Source: a virus
DNA length: 64,000 bases
Virus record (IMG/VR): IMGVR_UViG_3300017917_001008
Span: 11,211 to 75,210 of that record
Reading direction: 5' to 3' (one strand)
How positions within the stretch are numbered: position 1 is the first letter of the stretch; the number at the start of each line of letters is the position of its first letter. A program made the position numbers and the translations under genes. The notes beneath the pieces are model-generated. The model saw only the letters and a list, made by a program, of their open reading frames with translations, searched no databases and was not told the origin of the DNA. Shown here in pieces: positions 28,301 through 34,900 of this stretch.

Positions 28301-28965
28301 ACCAGGTGTTGAATCAGTATTACACCCAGTTTAAGAAAAAGTGGGATAATGAAAACTCAAGCTCTCGTTTGAAGTTCCGTAACTATCTCACTACGTTTGA
28401 TATCAAGGGAACCAAGTCTGTTTCTCTGAATAATCCTTCAGAGATTATAGACGGAGCTGAGCTGAATAAAAATGCCCAGGGTCTATATGTCTATCCAAAA
28501 ATAGCTGGGTCTGCCAGTGCAAAAAATATTGTTAAGAATCATAATAACATTATATTTGCCTACCCCAATATAAGTGATAGTAAGGCTATTAAGACCACGT
28601 TTGATGCTGCTAGTAATTCGGTGAGTTTCCCAATCACTACAGACGGTAAGACTCCACTTTCAGACGAGAACTTTGAAGAGAATGTTAGATTGATAGATGA
28701 TGCCATCACTTCTATAGAAACACAGTTTGAGCTTGGTAACGAGGTGGCTTTCCCTGAAGAAGGTTTCAACATGCTAGATGGGAAAGATCTATTGCTTAAT
28801 GCTCCCCGCACTAAGAGTTACATGGCCCAGGAGCTGTACAAACGCCTTGCTTACATCATGCCAGGTATGCACAATGAGAAAGCTATACGCTCTCAGGTTC
28901 AGGCAAACCAGGAAATTACAGATGAGATGGTAGAGGAGTTCATGAAAAAATGCTTTGGAAACTAA
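19384..28965 (+). CDS. Virion-packaged RNA polymerase (crAss-like) with N-terminal zincin domain
   Basis: 3193 aa; RIPVQG and GSDFDIDK catalytic loop (25846-25869); HEGWH at 21448-21462. Confidence 0.9.
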   Translation: MACRLTEDQISALFGAIHGEVIASKNRDDKFNAAQAIRALYQRLLDAGAEQVNAMDYVQHIPSMLQLSYAMFADSKAHMRASGVNLSELDQLDADFTADIKNVAKFLGVDQGTADVVQEIIEESNPSTGVIPTDNYTQIEEGDIAKKKPYFDSEISFVAAPETALAVFNQEAQDYNGVQAKQNIQDPDPVKKVYYTVVRKLNDLMTGSNRQTADKVKLGDVEGVFLRLVPASMIAMEDLQEADRLYYSTDDDPRIPFSKTSKTKMELREKGDDVYLVYTDKDGNILYFNEEGTPVGKENGGMVAYGKLRRPYTPKTTNEAKGQVAGRKMVGRVQTPQDLVRKGLGTLEEVTKERDEEIEILEKSREFVSKNRDEVVLFSVTPGRNGYVTEDFSKPNPISSIDLTDGFKPYLNSQETGVLIKGGVYFNVPGYEFPLLIRRPKFGNVPNLSGNLADIVFDSDLSNKEKIDVLRQFTYSGDTKIFQGNDGKLYVKQMDQTMEVTADNKQAFIDNLNGQTVNINKDLMHRTFNMPVNLDGKVTLQQERYNNFLANNFYTFLAKNDQNKIVSLNAYNVIFPTEAAQDKIFGKAKAASNEQTSSLEQATPTDVTKDEFKELLDRTDFSLKKSTLLSSKATDEQIAAAEKWYNSSPLSKVVPFQVMFNIVNSNALAEFTTAGITLWSGSNFTDLYHEGWHAFTQMFLTKDQKKELYNEARKLTGTFTTVSGAKVKFSAATDMQLEEFMAEDFRKYVLSDRKNIINGRPVRNTIFRKIFNFLKVVFSSYSLKDIAADRTAVANIQSLYDQLFIGEIHDYKPSLRNVQFGILNKGVEALDVKSKDTLTYQDSMTLVETIDSLIASTMVGYGRSVAGIFTNPELLGPLYKRVNTKLAELRETLVADPEKANSVKLIDFALTNWGDFSKVAKGEESTGVLAFHKKRSAYFTFDDKMAEMDAYDQSVNEDAEEVKDADNNLAKSEQQLREEFGSNPFERKGNEHSVRELASNEVVYLIKSLPQVDKNGKVVTNALGVPKLVDFNRTWGIVINTVAGSNTTSQMYAKLLDAATRFPELRALVERLGNPLDHTETKDWPFMKMWISFFRDFSVYRIPIKEGRLVDGPGGFKFEFTEVDPQFKQVHRAFQAQFESLGSSPYITKTPTGNKLNIEKILKDFPYSSIFAKDKVIIDEDKAMEFLKAIGFYLTDNREIRKAIRDNYEAVAYIHGLPYMKNPGGLLRLADKKVDVFNPIDALWKIGSENTNVQKILTIEAKHSGKFSNNAVTNVNGDIVYDLSLNNTITRLLNDLNDPSKDYTMTQEQHLQHLNFQRNPFAKYSIWMKSMFSIPTGKLVDLSNENKRISQDVKFGGGFVSMNLVNLDGVKSVLARDNAGQLVQSGIKTTSLDPASKFIFDLHTMLLTGTMELPRHASKSSAYGVSVSKVDTSYNENAKHLYISPGHFGKNGKGTEYSVELLLPKIAAEMERIAMVNQGLVPSIPGFNERGKDFTMFDDILSDTTKEELKRLADTEDSLSVIQDPAIKQKITADVRNYLNQLFKENMELYKSLDFMSDDLLLNSRSGKTDIKALIAKDTLEVVGEDRTDYLKEVAVKAFTVNSLIHNMEAISVLYGDLAMYNHLKEEYHKRNASIGSTGRIFASDGATNKFIENLGRGYARSIGARDKGFDGTLDTAIFKDNEVPSVYYDEYLEALTKKYGADKAKKILKPYKKMNEGDAQGWITFDSYRILSILEGAWSEKQNELYNKIIRNEQVDPAEITEFFPTKKFQYAGPLKTEKLHIQAFHKFSLVPLIPSLVKGTNMQTLHDNLVKQGKDYALFESGSKLATITANGKPDSLYENDDYNTRVVKPWNEGDPAYTSNVVFIQYLKDQVDIQSTWKNKTVFSTQLRKLIINDVFKQGLGIGEFDGLVKEFEGLLDDLQEYKKKELLQQAGWTENESGELSGSTRELLEFVMREMERLELPEHDVDFVRDSLNDGTFTDLSFSLNAEKIEKMLNNIVVKRLVKQKMNGEQLVQLSGAGFESAGSRFTNATEEEIKKYRGTNNLPTYRPGAGKDGKTTAMKVKIAIKGDYYKLLNLKHNDGKKIGTRERLNEMIKDDKWLDKGDNRKMITMVGVRIPVQGLNSMEFMEIYEFLPEEAGSVIIPPAEIVAKSGSDFDIDKLTIFQPHIGIRINRNTTKSKLKELAKKYPDLDFSLDNVNTILDASENDFSVYMPTEQEMKVYKVLVQEASDELPTYIKGKGMKSTENQIIEKIRTILEHPDNFDALIRPNDTDLVKGVADELAELNIQGYDPFAVKTGNTRTSIKGGKESKVISPTRALEPRYNLYKHESNNIGKKTLGIGAVDNAYSSIFKRVGARLEKNYTHYKKEDGRFVYDKSGNIVKQIRPINIRMKHNTIKENGTEYISLSDIETVTMDKVSDLIGQLMNGWVDIEKDAWIFNINGNSIAGPVLLFLLETGVDFKTAAYFVSQPLVVQYVKEMYMSDSPFYPAVNPGAETEKGLKRHKIRQKFFEDLKIAPLKPTKFFGPVLSNDILYKAINDYNANKEYTVESLREVIKNKDVKSKDAIAGLLHFMELEDLGKQLTNIKLTVNVDTAPSKSLFAANQRIDKIEDLEYVDSVPKSVINKILYDSPIRSFLVQKFQLGILKPLMKLRGDSQINNFLLDVMKGANYPSAFNTPEKFVAAFHNDLPLYLLQNHLKGLDINSLTEYKGMAVKEAMPVKNVQLRQGAFVKDGVMYIDRDQIAEDFNTKAFAGEGYEKQGLAKLDPQTFNMGDNSQNLQEYVHFVLEREYLRSVIPVGDVTREVYERKIATRALERTFNFFHMLKAPGESIADKFLEIKTKYPKLSEDFLIMTELGYNNDAAKTDDDGNVKEVKNKKMRTLKLKSQRLDTDFANVLHENLLRLADPMTIKVEDPNANREISQFFTRMIVAEYLRAGITRSGENLAKILPVNTLRQLMAEPLQEFSKKSNKNQVLNQYYTQFKKKWDNENSSSRLKFRNYLTTFDIKGTKSVSLNNPSEIIDGAELNKNAQGLYVYPKIAGSASAKNIVKNHNNIIFAYPNISDSKAIKTTFDAASNSVSFPITTDGKTPLSDENFEENVRLIDDAITSIETQFELGNEVAFPEEGFNMLDGKDLLLNAPRTKSYMAQELYKRLAYIMPGMHNEKAIRSQVQANQEITDEMVEEFMKKCFGN

Positions 28966-28980
28966 TTATAATCATACCCT

Positions 28981-31900
28981 ATGTTAGCGTGCCCTAATAA
29001 AAACACTAAAGATTGGCAAGACCTTGTTGACCAGTTAGGAGAGAAGGAAGCTTTCAGAGCCTACCTCACTATTGGTGACGGAACTATTCCTACAGCCCAG
29101 CAATACGTACAGTATAGCAGGCAGGCTAGTGAGGAAAAAGGAGAGATTGGTGTTAACAAGCAACAGCTGTTGATGCTTCTTGGCCCCACCATGTATAACA
29201 AGCCGCTTGCACAGGTGGCTGTAAAAGAGTTGTTACAGAATTCATTTGATGCTATTAAAGCCATGCACAACATGCGTGGTAAAACTGTAACTACTACACC
29301 TGCTGTAGACAAGTCTGCTCTGATCCGTGAGTTTAACCAGGTGCAGAGTCAGATTAAAGCTGAATCAGCTAAGGTTACTTTTGACAGTGAAGGAGATGTG
29401 CTTACAGGTGATCCTTTTGTAGTGAGCAAGCTGGTAGACAGACGTGCTGCTTTACAGGAGCAGATTGCCAACTTTGATCAGAACCAGAAAGCTAACGCTA
29501 CTACTAAGACTGGTTACGAAGGGCCGCTGGGTAATATTAAGTTTACCATTAACTATGACGACCGTACCATCTCTATACAGGATGATGGTATTGGTATGAC
29601 GCCTGATATTGTCAAGAAGGCGTTTCTCTCTATTGGTGGTACCAATAAAGAAGGACTATCTACAGGTGAGCGTTCCGGTGGATTTGGTCTGGCCAAAGTG
29701 CAGTTCTTATTGGGTAGTGAGTACGTAGAAGTGTCTACAGTGAGAGATGGTACAAGAACCTCTATTAAGGCTACCAACCTAGAGCTTTATAATGATGACT
29801 TTACTATCCGTACAGAGCCTACCAACGAACCTAACGGTACGTTTGTAAAGGTGAAGATACCAGAAACCTACACTACACCAGAAGGAACTGTTCGTACCAT
29901 TGACTTCCCTGGATCTTGGTCATCTGATCCAATAGAGCGTTTTGATATTTTAAACCAGCCCCTGATTGGTAATCTAAATGTCTCTGCAGATGTAGTGAAG
30001 AACGGTAGGACAACTAATAAGGTGTTGCCAATAGGTAAGAACATCTCTAAGGAATTATTACCTCCATTACTTTCTAATGTAAAGTTTGCCTGGGGTGAAG
30101 CTGAAGTGTACGTAGGAGAGAACAAAACAGAGTCTCCTAGACATAGAATACTTTCATCTGGATTATACCAGTTTAGTAAACGTATAGAGATTGCAAACTG
30201 GGAACCCATTCCTTATGATATTGTAATCAATATTAAACCGTCTGTAAGTTCTACAGCGGAGCAGTATCCATTTAACAACCAGCGTGAGGATTTCAAGAAT
30301 ACGGTTTCTAAAGATGTAGATAGCCTATACGCCTATTTAAGAAAGTACGCCAGGGGAGAAGCTGAGAAAGATTTAGTGGATGTATTCCAGAATATCAAGT
30401 CTTTACCTAAAACTGACCCTAACAAGATACTCACTCCTGAAGAGAGAGCTAAACTCTATGAAGAAGTAGAAAACACCATAGCTGAATCTAAACGCTTACG
30501 TGAGCAGTATGGCAGTCAGCTTAACCAGCCACGTCAGACTACAAGACTGGTGATCAGCCAGGGATCTGTAACGGATGAAGAGACTGGTGCACAAGTGGAA
30601 GTGGAGAAAGAGAAAAGCTATGAGTCTACATTTAAGGCTGATAAAGAGATTGAGTTAGGTAAGTCTGTAGACACATCTGCATTTAAAGAGAACGAACCCC
30701 AGTTTCATAATAACACTAACGTAGACTATTTGTCTATGCCCGGAGCTATAGAGTTCTTTAGTGACTTTGGTACTGTAGTGTATGAGATGGTAAGGTTTGC
30801 CGGTAGGGAGTTAGGCCACCGTTACAGCAAGCTTACAGGACAAGAAGGTAAGTTTTTTGCAGGTGTATCCATTGATAAAACCTACGGTGGCGTGCATGTC
30901 CGTAAAGTGATAGATGCCATCTTCATTAACCCGCTTTCTTTTGACATCTCCAGTGTAGAAGAAGCTGCAGGTTTGATGACCCACATCATTATACATGAGA
31001 TTAACCACACTACAGAGTCAGGTGAAGGAGCCAACTTTACCACTGCTCTGGCTAAGCTATATGGTAAGATATATGAGACCGGTAAGTATGGCTACTTTGA
31101 GGGGTTGGTTAGATCTGTATATCGTAAACATTTTGATACCTTTGTAAAACTAAAATCAGAATATGACAAGTCCACTACAAGAAATCTTGCAGCTTCGTTT
31201 GAAGGAAACGAACTCAATAGAGGCAGTGAAGGGAACCTTCAAGGGAATGCTTCAGCTGTACGAGCAGGAGAACAGACCTCTGGCAGAGATCAACGAGATC
31301 AGGAAGATCTTAGCGGATCTAGACAAGAAGACCGCACAGGAGACGTTATAATCAGTCAGCTTAACAATCCACAGACAAGTGTACCTACACTTCCTCCTGT
31401 GGAAGCCCAAAGAGCTGAGATAGGTCAAAACATAGTGCGTGCCATTGCAGACACGCTTGCTGCTAACTTAGGTGTTTCCTACACCTTAGTCACTCCTGAA
31501 GAAGCAGCTCAGCTAACAGCTAATTCCCGTAATCCATGGAAAGGTGAGAAAGCTTTCTTCTACAATGGCCAGGTGTATTTCCTGGACGGAGGCTTTACAA
31601 CAGACTCTGTACTACACGAGTTTTCACATCCACTGGTAGCAGCTATTGCTGTACAGAATCCTACGTTATTTAAGAATCTTTATGAGCAGCTGGAATCCAC
31701 ACCAGAAGGTAAGGCTGTAATAGCTGAAGTGGAAGCTTTGTATCCGGAGTTTAAACCTACAGATACCAAGTTCCGTGAAGAGGCTTTAGTAAGAGCTATG
31801 ACCGCTAAAGCTATCAACCAGATCAAGGGACAGAAACCTTCTACAGGGTTTAATGATGTGATCAACAAGATGTTGTTTGCCATTAAGCAAATGTTCCGTA

Positions 31901-34900
31901 AGCTGTTTGGTTCTTCTATAAAGATTGAAAAACTTTCTGAGAATACTTCTTTAGAGCAGCTTGCTGAGATGCTCCGTGGTGAGAAGTTTGATATTTCTAC
32001 AGAGGTGGTTACCCAGGAAGACTACGCCCAGTATGTTCGTGACATTTCTAACTTTATGTCTGAGCTGGATGCTGTAGAATATTCTGGTATTTCTACATCT
32101 GTAAAGCGTTTTTATGATGTAGTGACCAACCACATCAGACGTATTAAAGATAACAAGAACTACAGTGAGGCCCGTAAGTTCCTAGTAGATGAGACCGGTC
32201 GTGGTCAGTTACAGGAACTGAAGTCAACCCTTTCTAACTCTGAGATAGACGAGAAGCTTAGTGAGATCTTTGACGAGGTGACCCTGCAGGCTAAAACCAT
32301 GCAGAGTTTTGTACACTCAACGCTCCGTTTACAGAAACTGAGTGATAGCATTTTAAAGCATGTACGTGAGCTGGCTAAGCAGGGAGACTCTAAAGAGGTG
32401 ATCGGTAACATCTTCTACTATGACCTTCTTGTACGTAACTGGAATAAGTATATTAACGAAACCATTGATCGTCTCTCAGATGCCGGCCTAAGTCCAAACA
32501 CAGAGTTTGGCAGAGTGATTGCCGGTATACAGAATACAGTGGCTCAGACTGAAAGGATGATAGATAAGATCTATGCAGACAAGGTGGATGACGTCATCTT
32601 TGATACACTGCAACCTCTTGCAGAAAGCATTGATAACTACTTTGGTGACTGGATAGCTGGTCTTGAAAAGAAGAACGCTTCTGCACAGAAGATAGCTGAT
32701 GTTCAGAAGAAGTGGGATGAAATGAAACTTACTAAGCAGAAGATCAAAGATCTGATCAGTGGTAAGCTGGGTGATACAAATATGTACTCTGCCTTCCTGG
32801 AAGCATACACCAACTCTCCAGATCCTGTAGTGGGTGGTTTTGCCATGTTCTTGAAGAACGCCTACAATGATGTAGACGCCCAGGCTCAGCGTAACATGAA
32901 TGATTTTGTACGTGACCTGGAGCCATTGTTAATAGCTGCCGGTTACAGCCGTATGGATTATGCCGGATTAATGGAAAAGCTTGTCACTGTAGAGAAAGTT
33001 CCATTTATAGATGAGAAAGGAAACTTTGCCACTAAAGAGGTGTTTTCTTTTAAGGACAAGTTTAATGATTATAATACAGAGGCTTCCCAGTTAAGGTTTG
33101 AATATGACCAGGCTGTATCTGAAGGAGACCAGGCCCTGGCAGACCAGAAGCTCCGTGACCTGCGTAAACTACGTAGGGATTATTTCCACCAGGAATATGT
33201 ACCTGAATACTACGAGCGTGAGAAGATCTATGATTCAGAAATGGGTCGTGAAGCTTACAGACGTAAGCAGATGCTTCTTAATGAGATTAAAGAACTTGAC
33301 GCCCAGAGTTATGATGATGACGCCCTGGATTACATTGCTGATCAGAAGAAGATCCTGTGGAGAGAATACTCTCAGCTGGCTTCTTTAACAGATCTGAATG
33401 GTGATCCTAAGACAGGTCGTGAACTGGAACTGGCTAAGATTGAAAAGGAATACCGCAAGGCTTCCCGTGAGTTCTTTGAATGGGTTCCTATACAGGGTTT
33501 ATTTGAGTCTAACTTAAGACGTTTTGAACAGAGTCTGGTGGATGAGGGTATTGATATCACCTCAGATGAGTTTAAAGAAAAACGTAATAAGTGGATTAAG
33601 AACAATACCGTTATTGCTTACACCCCAGAATTCTACGAGGAGCGTAACCAGGTGCTGGAAGATCTTAGAGATCTGATGAGCGGCCTGAGTGAAGACGTAC
33701 GTAAATCTATTGACTCTACAGAGGAAATGGAAGCTATGCTTGATATAGCCACCGGCTTCCGTGACCAGGATGGTCAGGTGATCGGTACAGATATTTCCGA
33801 GAAGAGTAAGAACAAGGTGAGAGAATACCAGAAAGCCATACTTGCCAAGCGTGATTCTATGGCTGGCTTTAGTGGTCTTACCAGGGATGAAATGGATGAG
33901 CTCACTGAGATCTTCCAGAAGATGACGGCTAAGATAAAGATCACACAGGCAGAGCGTGACCGTGTAGACGAACTGATGGAGAAGAAAAACTCCATGGGTG
34001 TAGATAAGTTTACCAAGGCCGAGATGCAATCTCTATATGCTCAGCTGGCAGAACTTCAGAGTAAGGAAGCCACTGATTACTATGTAGACATTGTAAATAA
34101 CTATCTGTCTAAGATAGGTGAGCCGTTGATTGATAACGACACAGCTATTAATCTTTTAGATCCTGTAATGTATGTGGAGCTGTTTAAGAAGTCTCCAGAG
34201 TTTGAGAAATGGTTTAAAGAAAACCATATACAGAAAGAGGTGTTTGACAGAGCATCCGGGGATACTAAAATAGTTTACGAGCGTCTGTTCATCTGGAACC
34301 GCACCCGTCCTAACAACCCTGATCACTACGAGAAGATTAAACTCTCTGATGGTGAAGAGATTTTAGGTAAGCCTAATCTGTCTTATTTCTACCGTTCTGT
34401 AAAGAAAGAGTATCGTACCAAGCGTGAGGTGGGTAAGACCATAGACAACCGTGGTAACTGGTTACCTAAGTCTTTAGAAGACGGAGCTGTGGATGATAAA
34501 TACTACAACCAGGATTATGAAAAACTCCGTAGAGAAGACCCTGCAGCGTTTGCTGTACTGGAGAAGATGAAGGAATATCACCTGAAGTTCCAGGAAGGTT
34601 TTGCCCGTGAGAGTAAGTTATACCTGCAGATCCCACGCTACCGTAAACCTTCTTTAGAATCTCTTAAAGATGGTAAGTTCAAGAACAAGTGGCATGAGTG
34701 GACCACTCGTGTAAAACAGTTCTTTGCTAAAGCTCCGGATGATGTACAGGATGGATTAAACTTCAAGCCTGAACAGCTCATCTATACAGACATGTTTGAC
34801 GAGGAGATCAATAAGGTTCCTATCACCGGTCTCTATGCATTAGATACCGATCAGGTGAGTATGAACATTGCAGATAACATGTTGCGTTATATGCATTCAG

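Noticed and set aside
28551-28558. TATATTTG inside the RNAP gene
   Set aside because: No out-of-frame ATG ORF at the expected distance; likely chance
5992-33388. Other same-strand nested ORFs (5992, 8912, 10295, 33098)
   Set aside because: No TAnnTTTG element upstream; composition typical of +1 shadow frames over well-formed host coding sequence
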